Source: Selaginella moellendorffii
Taxonomy: Eukaryota; Plantae; Lycopodiophyta
Direction: 5' to 3'
Length of the DNA stretch: 64,000 bases
Assembly: GCF_000143415.4 (NCBI RefSeq)
Contig: NW_003314262.1
Coordinates: forward strand, 3,482,405-3,546,404
Shown here piece by piece: positions 49,260 to 61,261 of the stretch. How positions within the stretch are numbered: the first letter of the stretch is position 1; the number at the start of each line of letters is the position of its first letter. Below the pieces are notes generated by a model. It did not search any database. It had not been told where the DNA came from and saw only the letters and a program-made list of their open reading frames with translations. The position numbers and the translations under genes were made by a program.

Positions 49260-49916
49260 AGATTAACATTTACCCTGTGAAATTTCCAACTTATTTCCAA
49301 AATTATTTCTATAATAATCAAGTTCATTGTCACACTCTAGAATTCATTCGAGCTTATAATCACACTCCATATCAATAGGAGATGGCAAAACTCCATATCA
49401 ATAGAAAATAGCAAAACACTAAAAATAAAAGAAGTCATGTAATCATGTTTTTGAAAGGTGGAGAGAGTAATATACCAAAAATGGGCACAACATTAATATA
49501 ATCATGCTCCACAACACCAAAGAAGCTCAACATTAGTAGCCTTAAAGTGATATTCTCTTTGATTGATGAATGCAATAAATATTAAAAGAACAACACCAAA
49601 AGCTCAACATTAGTAACCTTAAGTGATATACTTCTTGATTAATGAATGTAATAAATATCAAAAGGAAGAACAAATCTAAGCACAACAATAGCTAAAAGAA
49701 AAAAAGAGAATAAAAACAAAAGTACAGTCTTGAATACTAGAGCAAAGCATTACTAAAAAACTTTACCTTCCAAAGATAAATTATAGTGCCCTTCACCTTC
49801 ACCAATGTGAATGCTTGGGATATAGGAATAGGTTATTAATTGAGGTTTACAACCTTATATACAATAATAGATGGAATATGCTATAGTACTTTAATTAATA
49901 TATTACATAAGTAGGG

Positions 49917-49918
<2 letters not shown>

Positions 49919-49998
<80 letters not shown>
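49919..49998. repeat. (TA)n(TG)n compound microsatellite
   Basis: Direct inspection. Confidence 0.98.
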
Positions 49999-50000
<2 letters not shown>

Positions 50001-50496
50001 TTACAGACCTTATAGTTTATATATACATAAAAATACACAAATAACACAACTATCTCTTTTAATAAATACTTATTGAAATCTATAAAATTTATTAATATAA
50101 TATTAACCAAATTAAAATATAATTGGACAAAAATTATGATTATATATATTAATAATCAAGAATTATATTAAATATAAATTTAATTTTAAATATAAATGAT
50201 TTTTGTAAAATATTGTGCTATTGTTAAATATAAATATAGAAATATTAAAATAAATTTGAATATAATAAGTTATAATAAAAGCCAAGAACAAACCCATTTA
50301 TAACTAAACCATTAGGATATCAAATTTTATAAGCCTTAAGACACAAAGATTTTTTACAAAGCAGAAGTTTATAAATAAAATATATTTTTAAAAATAGTTA
50401 TTATAAAATAGCAGTAAATTTGAATAATGTTTTTATACTTAAAAGTATAAACCTTAATCTGTATCTTTAATATTTAAAGATTAATCTTTATTATAT

Positions 50497-51342
50497 TTAA
50501 TATAGACATAATTTATCGGATGCCCATAAAACATTATTAGGAAACTTTGATAGGTAGACAACTAAATTACAGTTATTTTGAACAGTAAATAGTGTTGACA
50601 ATTTACAATTATTACAATATTTATCTGTAGCCCATAAAGCCTTTTTATTAGAATAAACAACCAAATTACCATCCTGCTGAAGAATTAGAAAACAATTACC
50701 AAAACTATTTGATTTAAGTTTTGATTCCCAAATTTTTTGGTTTAATGAATATAAGACTAATTTACAACTGTATTCTAACAATAACATATTTTTACCATTT
50801 TGAGATATTAAGAAATTATTAACATGTACAGTTGAATCAGAAAATAAAGTACTTATGCTAATATAACAACCATTTATATTGTCAAAATTTGTAATGTTAT
50901 TTTGATATGTTAATTCCTCTGATGTAGTATCTAGTTTATATCTTATAAGATAATTTTGACTTTCTTTTTCAAAATAGTCTGTAAGTGATTCATATAAATA
51001 ATCTTTACTAAGTTCTAAAAGTCGATCAATTCCACGTTTGATGTTATTTCCTACAACTTCTGTAACTGTTTCTTTGAGTAAACATTGATCTTTAACTTTA
51101 ACTATCAAATCAACATATCCTTTAGATGTTAATATTCTATCTTCATCTGAATAAGTTATAGGATATTTACCATTATGATCAATTTTATGTAGCAAACCAT
51201 TAACCCCTGCAATTATTTTAGTAATATCTTGAAATTTTAAAATTCCTGGTCTTCCAATTGTAGGAGTATACTTCTTAGGTGCAATAATAAAATTGAGCTT
51301 TATTAACAAAATAATAAAAATTATTAAGAGTTTACACTTCAT
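50497..51342 (-). CDS. Secreted barnase/RNase Sa-like + GNA lectin protein, copy B
   Basis: 281-aa intronless AT-rich ORF, paralogous to 20629-21495. Motifs QQDGNLVVY, QNNCNLVVY and RGIDRLLELSKDYLYESLTDYF. Confidence 0.8.
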   Translation of the reverse strand: MKCKLLIIFIILLIKLNFIIAPKKYTPTIGRPGILKFQDITKIIAGVNGLLHKIDHNGKYPITYSDEDRILTSKGYVDLIVKVKDQCLLKETVTEVVGNNIKRGIDRLLELSKDYLYESLTDYFEKESQNYLIRYKLDTTSEELTYQNNITNFDNINGCYISISTLFSDSTVHVNNFLISQNGKNMLLLEYSCKLVLYSLNQKIWESKLKSNSFGNCFLILQQDGNLVVYSNKKALWATDKYCNNCKLSTLFTVQNNCNLVVYLSKFPNNVLWASDKLCLY

Positions 51343-51682
51343 ATTTAATATTTATTTTTCTTCACGCTTTAATTTAATAACTTTGATGTCTTAAGTATAA
51401 AATTTTCTTTTCTTGATATCTAAATTGGAATTAATGCAGCCTCTCAACAAGAGCATAGAAAACATAAAAAACTCTCCTCCTAAAAAGCACTTCCCCCTCA
51501 CAACCTCATCCTCTCTGGTCCCTCCAAGCTATGGTCATGGATCTATAAGGTGACATAATAAGAATAAAAACAAGAATATTATTTAAATATCTCCTAGAAA
51601 ACCTTAAAATACTATATTTTGCTAATCCTAAGATCTACGAAGGGAGCAAATTATCAAAATAACAATGATTTTTTGAATTGCA

Positions 51683-53662
51683 TTAGTCTCGTTTATCTTC
51701 TTCTCCAACTGTTCCAAGTGTGAAGACGTCTATCTCAGTGTTCTTTTTCTCTACAGAACCGTTCAAGCGACCATTTGATGAATCCGTATTGCTAGTAAGC
51801 TGGATTGCTTCCTCGGGATCACAGTCTTCGCCAAGTTCCTCCGAGTAGGCATACCTTTAAAAAATCTCAAGTCAACATAACACAAACATGATCTTGTTAC
51901 CTTGTGGAGTTTTGTGATGGCTTCCATAGGTAGCAAATCACGCAGAGCATGACATAAGACAGAACTATCCAAAACGCTAAAACCACCCACGCATTTTGCC
52001 ACTGGATGTTGTATGCCTCTGTAGATTTTAAGTAGAACTGGAAATAAAAATTCGAGTCAGCCTCCAGAGATTGTCAGCTATCTTACGTGCCATACCTCGT
52101 AACCAATCCAAACTATTGATGCTATGACTGCTAATGCAAGAAAATTGGTGAAGCGCTTGTACAGTTCCAGTTTAGCGGTTTGCTTCTTTGCCTATAAGTC
52201 CAAACCTTGAGAGCAAAAACGAGAGGAAGGAAAACAGAGAAGAGAGAAAGAACCTGTAGGCTTTCCAGAGTCTTGGACAGCGAGGAAAAAATCCAGAGTA
52301 TGAATAACGCATCGATGATCGCCACTGGAAGCACCAGAAGTAACTTCTCCTTGTTGGAGAAATCATCCACTCGTTGGACGTTCTCCGCCAGCTCCAACGT
52401 CTCGATCGCAACGAAATACGCCCCACCGCACAGCAACACCTTGCTCGTGATCCCACCCAGCGTCGGTTTCACCACCCCGTATCCCATAGAAACTATGAGC
52501 ACCAAGAGCCGAGACACCGTCTTCCTCATGGCTCCGATGGTCACGGCCCAGGCGGTGATCCCCATCGGCCTCCGCCCCGTTGCATTGAAGTTGGCGTAGT
52601 CGAAGTACCACAAAGCCATCTCTGCGTGTCCCAGGAAGATCACCACGCTGATACAGTTCTGGAGCTGGAGGATGTCTCTCCAGAAGCGCGCATACTGGAT
52701 GAACCAGATCACTCCCAGGACGAGATAGGCGAGCGACATGTAGCCGTAGAACTTGAGGAGCGGCGCCATCCTCCCCGGAAGAAAGCCTGTGGGACTCTGC
52801 CATATCGTTCTGCCGCGAATCTGCAAGCCTTGGAGCTGTGGCTCGCAGAAGACGAAGTAGAGCGTGTAGAGCCCAGTCTCGGTCACGTTCACGTCCTCGG
52901 AGAAGCTGTTTACAAGCTTGTTGCCTTGGAAGGACGTCTGGAAGGTCTTCGGCCAGCCGTTTTCACGCTTGCGAAGTATCACCTCGCCAATGCGGCAATT
53001 CGAGAGCTTGGAGGCCTCGGGAGTGCAGCACAGCATCCTCTCGCCGGTGGAGTTTGTGACTCCGATGAAGTCACGATCCTCGAGCGTGAAAAGGAGTGCC
53101 TCGACTAGACCTGTGCTGTGCTCCATCGTCTCGTGCCTCGCAGCCGACTCCACGGTTCGTCTAAACTGGACGTTGAAGCTGCGAAGATCGAAAGGTTAAA
53201 CTACTGGCGACAATGTCTTTCTCTTTCTAACTTCAAGATCAAACCAATGAGCTATGAATGCTGAGGAAAGAAGAATGAAACACTATTTCTACACTTCCTT
53301 TTTTCTACATCTAGGTGTAGACCTCAAAGACCAATGAGCTATGGATGCTAGAAAGAAACACTAACGATGGAAATGCAAACAAAAAAAGGAAAGAGTTTCT
53401 AGATCTATGAATGCTTGGAAAGAAGAAGCTTAATCTATGCTTCCACTAGAAGTAATTGGGCGAAGGAATCTTACTTGATATGTGACGGAGACTTCCCGCT
53501 CGCATACAATCCCTCGCTGCCTCCGAAGAAAGTGTAGCCATTGTCCCACGGCTTGAAGGGGCTCAGCTGGTAGCGATGGATAGATCCGCAACAAAACGAA
53601 ATCCAGCAGCAGCAGCAGCTCAAAACCGCAAGAATTCTCAGCCTCCACCTGGCAGGATCCAT
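51683..53662 (-). CDS. TMEM87/GOST (lung seven-transmembrane) protein, intact, 5 exons
   Basis: Signal peptide, GGSEGLY, TGLYTLYFVFC, GFLPGRMAPL, IVSMGYGVVKPTLGG, KLELYKRFTN, LWKPSQNSTRYAYSEE and an acidic tail. Confidence 0.92.
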
Positions 53663-53871
53663 CTGCCGCAACAGTCGATCGAGGCGATCAGCGGATCGCC
53701 CCTAGCTGCGCAAATAATGCCATGGAACAGCGGCCCTAGAACTCACCATGGAAGCACGAAAACCCCTCTATGCAGGGAATATTCTCGCTCTAGAATATTC
53801 TCTAGAATATGCTAGAGTGGATAGATTAAGCCTTTTTTCTGGGCTAGGGTTCTTCGCAATAGGATATCCAA

Positions 53872-55203
53872 ATGGCGGCAGCGTCGATCGCTTCGAGATC
53901 ACAGCCAGGTATGATCCATCCTCCTCCTGGCATCAGATGTATCGTCGATAAGACGGCGCACTTTGTGGCCAGGAATGGTGTCGAGTTCGAGCGCAAGATC
54001 ACGGCTGACAATCAGATCCTCAAGTTCAGCTTCCTCAAACCCTCCGATCCCTACCACGCGTATTACCAGCACAAAATCTCGGAAGCGAAGAGCTCCGGCG
54101 CTCCATCTTCGATCACAGCTGCTGTGCAAGCTCAATCCAAGCCACCGCCGTTGGAGGATCATCCATCCTCGCGAAAGTTTCATACTCTCCTGCAAGATCT
54201 GCAGAGCACCGAGCCTTCCAAGGTGGTGGAGCTGCAAGAGCCGGAGCCGGAGGAGTTCCTTCTCGATTTCCCCGAGGGTCTCTCTGCAAAGGACGTAGAC
54301 ATCATCAAGCTCACGGCGATCTTCGCGGCTAGACATGGCGGCGAGTTTCTTACCGGACTGGCAAGCAGGGAACACTACAACCTCCAGTTTAGCTTCCTCA
54401 AACCGGAGAGTAGCTTGCACAAGATCTTCAAGGGCTTGTGCCACTCGTACTCCAAGTTGCTGGAAGCTCCCACGGCGCTGATCGACAAGCTCAAGCGAGA
54501 GCTGGACAAGAGCGTTATCCTGGAGCGGTGCCTCCACCGTGCCGAATGGGAGAAATCGCAAAAGAAGTTGAGGGACGAGGCCGAGGAAGACGATGAGCGG
54601 ATGAACAGCATCGACTGGCATGAGTTTGTGGTGGTGGAGACGATCCAGTTCGTGGACGAGGAGGACGCTGCGTTGCCGTCTCCGGTGACGCAGATGGACG
54701 TGATCAGACGCAAGGAGGTGATCGATATCACGTTGCCTGAGGATCATTTCCCCGACGAGGGGAGAACAAATGGCGAGGACTTTTTCCAAGTGATTGTCCC
54801 GGCGGGCGAAGAGCCACCAATGACGATTGTGAGGAACTGGAAGAGGCCCGAGGAGATGATCGAGATGGGCGATAAGTATGCGCATACCAAGATGGTCATC
54901 TGTCCGATAACTTCAGAGTTGATACCCGTGAGCGAGATGGAGGAACACATGAGGATCTCGCTCATCCATCCCAAGTTCAAGGAGGAGAAGGAAAGGATGA
55001 TGAGCAAGCGGAGAAACTTGGGCACGCTTGCCAGCGACGAGGAGATCGCGCGAAACGTCATGAGCTTGGCTCCAGCGAGGCCTGATCTGTTTGGAACCAC
55101 AGAGGAGGAAGTGGCCAATGCTGTGATGAGTGTGAAAAAGAAAGAGGAGCCACCATCACCACTTTCTCTTGAACCCGAGCTAAAGAGAATGAAAGTATGG
55201 TAA
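53872..55203 (+). CDS. Splicing factor 3A subunit 1-like (two SURP domains + PRP21 domain), intronless, no C-terminal ubiquitin-like domain
   Basis: IVDKTAHFVARNGVEFE, DIIKLTAIFAARHG, IDWHEFVVVETI and EMEEHMRISLIHPK. Confidence 0.88.
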   Translation: MAAASIASRSQPGMIHPPPGIRCIVDKTAHFVARNGVEFERKITADNQILKFSFLKPSDPYHAYYQHKISEAKSSGAPSSITAAVQAQSKPPPLEDHPSSRKFHTLLQDLQSTEPSKVVELQEPEPEEFLLDFPEGLSAKDVDIIKLTAIFAARHGGEFLTGLASREHYNLQFSFLKPESSLHKIFKGLCHSYSKLLEAPTALIDKLKRELDKSVILERCLHRAEWEKSQKKLRDEAEEDDERMNSIDWHEFVVVETIQFVDEEDAALPSPVTQMDVIRRKEVIDITLPEDHFPDEGRTNGEDFFQVIVPAGEEPPMTIVRNWKRPEEMIEMGDKYAHTKMVICPITSELIPVSEMEEHMRISLIHPKFKEEKERMMSKRRNLGTLASDEEIARNVMSLAPARPDLFGTTEEEVANAVMSVKKKEEPPSPLSLEPELKRMKVW

Positions 55204-55303
55204 CCTGGATCTTTTAAAAAATTCGAGCTAAAGTGAACTGTTCAACTTTCCAAGTTTCAATAAGTAATTTTGAAAAGTGAAACCATGAACAATAAAAAGG
55301 TAA

Positions 55304-55377
55304 TGGCCCATGCAGGTTTCGAACCTGCGACCTTAGCCTCATTAGAGCCACGCTCTGACCAGCTGAGCTAATAGGCC
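55304..55377 (-). tRNA. tRNA-Ile(AAU), variant anticodon arm
   Basis: GGCCTATTAGCTCAGCTGGTCAGAGCGTGGCTCTAATGAGGCTAAGGTCGCAGGTTCGAAACCTGCATGGGCCA. Confidence 0.85.
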
Positions 55378-55707
55378 TTTACAATAACAAGTATATTAAT
55401 AACTTCAAAAGTAGAAGTACTAAAGAATATACTACCGCATATTCTGTTGAATATGCTGTATTTTAAACTGTGAATCTGTGAGAAATGGTGAAAGTGATCG
55501 AGAAGAACACGGGCGTGAGAATCACCAAGGAGGGGCGGGATCCCGATGCCAACACAGCGGCAGCCACTGGATCCGGCACCAAGAACACATTCTACCAGGG
55601 ATGATTCGAGAGCCCAGCACAAAGTTGCAAGAACGATACTGTTTGCCCAGTGCAAGATCATTCGCGTTGATCTTACATAGAAATCAATCGTAGAACTCTC
55701 TCGATTC

Positions 55708-58131
55708 TTACATTTCTTGCGATTCGCAGAGATCCAGCGTTTTCCTCACATCCTCGAGATCATTCCAGGCATACGCATTGGACAGCAGCACGTACTGGGA
55801 CGAGTCGACCGGATCCAAGCGGCACGCGATCGCGGCGGCCCTGGCCCCTCGCACCGGATCCCCGTGCACGGCACACCCATTCAGCAGCGATTTCCACCCA
55901 ATCGCCCCCGGCTGGAACGGCATCCACACCAAGATCTCCTCCGCGACATCTATCCGCCCCGCCCGGCTCAGCAGATCCACCAGGCAGTGGTAGTGATCCA
56001 CCGCTGGCGCGATCCACTCGTGGTCGCCGCGCAGTTGGACGAAGAGATCCCTGCCCTGCGCGTAAAGCCCAGCGTGATTGCATGCCACGAGCAAGCACAG
56101 CAGCGTCACGACGTCGGCGTCAAGGCCCTCCTCGCAGATCATCCGGCGGTACAGCCCCAATGCCCGATCCAAATGCCCGTTCTGGGCGAATGCCGCCATC
56201 ATCGCGTTGAACGAGACTGCGTTGCGCTCGTCCATCTCCTCGAAAACCAAGCTCGCCTCCTCAATCTCGCCACATTTCGCGTACATGTTGACGAGGCTCG
56301 TCCACAGCACGACGTCGCGGCGCTGGTCGTCGCCGGTCGTGATCCGCACGGTACATGCGCGGTGTACCGCGCGGCCCTCGGAAAGGTAGCCCAGGCTCGC
56401 GCACGCCGCCAGCGCGCCAATGCAGCTCACAACGTCGGGCTCCAGGCCGTCGAGCGAGGCCATCTCTTGGAAGAGATATAGCGCCTCCCTGGGGATGGCG
56501 TACCGCGCGTACCACACGACCATGGCGTTCCAGCCCACGAGAGTCCGCGCGGGCATGCGCTCGAATACCGCGCGGGCCTCCTCGATGCTGCCACACTTGG
56601 CGTACATGTTGAGCAGGAGGTTGTACATCTCCACCTCGAGCTTGATACCGCCGGCGGCATGGTGGAGCTTAAGCCGCTCGTGGATGCGCCGACCATGGCC
56701 CAGCGCCGCGCCGCAGCAGCACGCCGTCAGCAGCGTCCCAAACGTGATCGAGTCCGGCGGCGCGTCCATCGCGAGGAAGAGATCAAACGCCTCGGAGTAC
56801 CGCTCGTGGCGGGCGAGCGCGCGGAGCATCGCGTTCCACGCCACCACGTCCTTGGCGTGCATCCGCTCAAACGCGTGCCGCGCGTCGCACGGGCTGCCGC
56901 ACCGGCCGTACATGTTGAGCAGCGCGGTGGACACCCGCGTGTGGTGCCCAAGACCGGCGGCGTGCAGCGCGGCATGAACCGACCGTCCCACGTGTACCGC
57001 GGCGGCACCCAGCGCCGCACACGCCCCCAGCACCGCCACGTACGCGACCGCGTCGGGCGTCACGCCATCGAGCATCATCTCGCGGTAGAGAGTCACCGCT
57101 TCCACGTACCGCCCATGCCGCGCGGATGCCTCGATCATGCTCGTCCATGCCGCCGCGTCCCGGTCACGGATCGTCGCGAATTGCGCTCTCGCGTCCTCGA
57201 GGCTGCCGCATTTGGAGTGGAGATTGAGCAGCGCGCTCTGGATCATGAGATCCGCCTGGAATCCCCTTGTCAGGAACCGCGAGTAGATCGATTTCCCGTG
57301 ATCTAGCGCGCCGAGGCTCGCGCAGCCCCCCAGTAAGCTCACGTATGTTAGCCGATTGGGCTCCATTCCCTCGAGATTCATCCGCCAGTAGAGCTCCATA
57401 GCCATGGCTGGATCCCCTTGCTGGGCATATGCAGAGATTATCGCGGTCCAGCTTGCCGGATCTCTCGTCTCCATCGCATCAAAGATTTCTCTTGCTCGAT
57501 CAATCTGCCCACACCGGGCATACGCTCCCATTGCGCTAGAGAGCACGAACACATCTGGTTTGAACCCGGAGTCTCGCATCACTTGAAAGAGTTCTAACGC
57601 TTTCAGTGAATGCCCATTCTGGGTATATGCTGTGATGATGATGTTCCAGGAGAATAGATCCCTCCTGGGCATCGCGTCAAACACCGCGCGGGCGAGATCC
57701 ACTCGCCGGCATTTTCCATACATCTGGATTAAGAAATTCTCCACGTACGAATCCCTGGCATAGCCGCTCTCCACCGCGTGCGCGTGGATGCGCTTCCCGG
57801 CCTCAAGATCCCGGCGATCCACGCAGCGCTTGAGCAGCGATCCATAGAGCCCGGTATTGGGCTCTGAGATTTCGAGCTCCTGATCCACCCAGCACGGCTC
57901 AATGGACGATCCATTGCTGGAAACCCCGAATTGGGCGTTCTCCCGATCGAATGCTGGCCGATCGAGTATCAATCCAGTGTTGGGCACTGAGAATTGGGAT
58001 TGCTTGATGGAGGATCCATTGGCAATATCCTGATCGAGCAAAGTTCTTGCAGAATCCACCCACGGCCACTCCTTGCACGATCGGAAATTCTCCACAATCC
58101 ATCGCAGATAGCCCTGTGATTGCCTGAGCAT
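55708..58131 (-). CDS. PLS-class PPR protein with E domains, no DYW
   Basis: Repeated MYAKCG..AR.VF..M..RDVV.WN motifs and C-terminal HYHCLVDLLSRAG..MPFQP..W.SLL..YVLLSNAY. Confidence 0.93.
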   Translation of the reverse strand: MLRQSQGYLRWIVENFRSCKEWPWVDSARTLLDQDIANGSSIKQSQFSVPNTGLILDRPAFDRENAQFGVSSNGSSIEPCWVDQELEISEPNTGLYGSLLKRCVDRRDLEAGKRIHAHAVESGYARDSYVENFLIQMYGKCRRVDLARAVFDAMPRRDLFSWNIIITAYTQNGHSLKALELFQVMRDSGFKPDVFVLSSAMGAYARCGQIDRAREIFDAMETRDPASWTAIISAYAQQGDPAMAMELYWRMNLEGMEPNRLTYVSLLGGCASLGALDHGKSIYSRFLTRGFQADLMIQSALLNLHSKCGSLEDARAQFATIRDRDAAAWTSMIEASARHGRYVEAVTLYREMMLDGVTPDAVAYVAVLGACAALGAAAVHVGRSVHAALHAAGLGHHTRVSTALLNMYGRCGSPCDARHAFERMHAKDVVAWNAMLRALARHERYSEAFDLFLAMDAPPDSITFGTLLTACCCGAALGHGRRIHERLKLHHAAGGIKLEVEMYNLLLNMYAKCGSIEEARAVFERMPARTLVGWNAMVVWYARYAIPREALYLFQEMASLDGLEPDVVSCIGALAACASLGYLSEGRAVHRACTVRITTGDDQRRDVVLWTSLVNMYAKCGEIEEASLVFEEMDERNAVSFNAMMAAFAQNGHLDRALGLYRRMICEEGLDADVVTLLCLLVACNHAGLYAQGRDLFVQLRGDHEWIAPAVDHYHCLVDLLSRAGRIDVAEEILVWMPFQPGAIGWKSLLNGCAVHGDPVRGARAAAIACRLDPVDSSQYVLLSNAYAWNDLEDVRKTLDLCESQEM

Positions 58132-58954
58132 TTACCAGTGACATTGCCACAAGTTTAAAGCCATAGCCCTAAGTTTGTTCTTGGGTGTGATGCTAGCGGC
58201 CGGGAAAGCGGCGTTAGGGCTATGCAGCCGATCGATCATGGCGTCCTCGAAAAATCCGGGTAAGCCTCGATTCAAATCTCTCTCCAATCGCCCACAAACA
58301 CTCAGAAGAGGATCCGGAGGAGAGGCCGATCCAATCGATGCTCTAGGCCGAGCGATGACCAAGATCTTGAGGCACGAAGCTGCGACTTTTAATCTGGATC
58401 TCCGGAGCGATGGCTACTGCAAGGTGGACGAGCTCTTAAAGATTGGAATGAAAACTAGAGCTGGGATACCACTCAGCTCTCACTCCGTGGAGGAAGTTCT
58501 CCAGGCCGTGAAGCAGGATAACAAGCAGCGCTTCTCGACGACCCGGGAGGATGGGACGCTCTACATCCGCGCAAACCAGGGGCACTCGATCAAAGAGGTT
58601 CTTTCCGACCACCTCCTGCGAGAGATCTCGTCCACGGACAAGATTCCAGTTTGTATCCACGGAACTTACAAGCACGCTCTTCCCAGCATCTTGGAGAGTG
58701 GTCTCAAAGTCATGGGACGAAACCACGTCCACTTCGCCACGGGCCTGCCTGACGAGAATGGAGTCATCAGCGGAATGAGAAGCTCTTGCCAAGTTCTGAT
58801 TTACCTCGACACTGAAAAGGCTATGGCGGACGGGATGAAGTTCTACGTCTCGGACAACAATGTGGTTCTCACCGAAGGATTCGAGGGGTGTGTCCCGTGC
58901 GAGTACTTTGAGAAGGTTGTCGAGTGGCCGAGCAAGAGGGTGATTGTTGGTCCT

Positions 58955-60932
<1,978 letters not shown>

Positions 60933-61130
60933 CCAAAATCTTCACAAAAGAAACGAACTTGTAGAGTGATCGAATGTAGCTTACCAGGCTTCTCTTCCAT
61001 AGCAAAATCCCCCTAGATTTCACCTTAATCGGCTAGCTGCTGGATTCCATGCTCTAAGAACTCCATCCCCGAGAAACTCAAACCCTAGAAACACCAATTA
61101 AAGTGGAATATTCTTTTCAATTTAAAAGTA

Positions 61131-61204
61131 GGCCTATTAGCTCAGATGGTCAGAGCGTGGTGCTAATAACGCCAAGGTCGCAGGTTCGAAACCTGCATAG
61201 GCCA
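61131..61204 (+). tRNA. tRNA-Ile(AAU)
   Basis: GGCCTATTAGCTCAGATGGTCAGAGCGTGGTGCTAATAACGCCAAGGTCGCAGGTTCGAAACCTGCATAGGCCA; intact cloverleaf. Confidence 0.95.
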
Positions 61205-61261
61205 TATTCTCTCTATTCTCGTAGTTTTAGGGTTTACGCTCTGCAGGTGAGATGTCTTACA

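Noticed and set aside
47600-49900. AT-rich tract with short ORFs and small tandem duplications (about 49365-49410, 49512-49660)
   Set aside because: No recognisable protein motif or termini; probably decayed TE sequence but not supportable.
53899-54885. 328-aa minus-strand ORF (and similar ones at 52374-53108 and 55717-57306)
   Set aside because: Antisense shadows of SF3A1-like, TMEM87 and PPR coding sequence.
61103-61261. N-terminal extension of the 883-aa PPR ORF from a GTG start
   Set aside because: Reads through an intact tRNA-Ile gene; the ATG at 61262 is more plausible.
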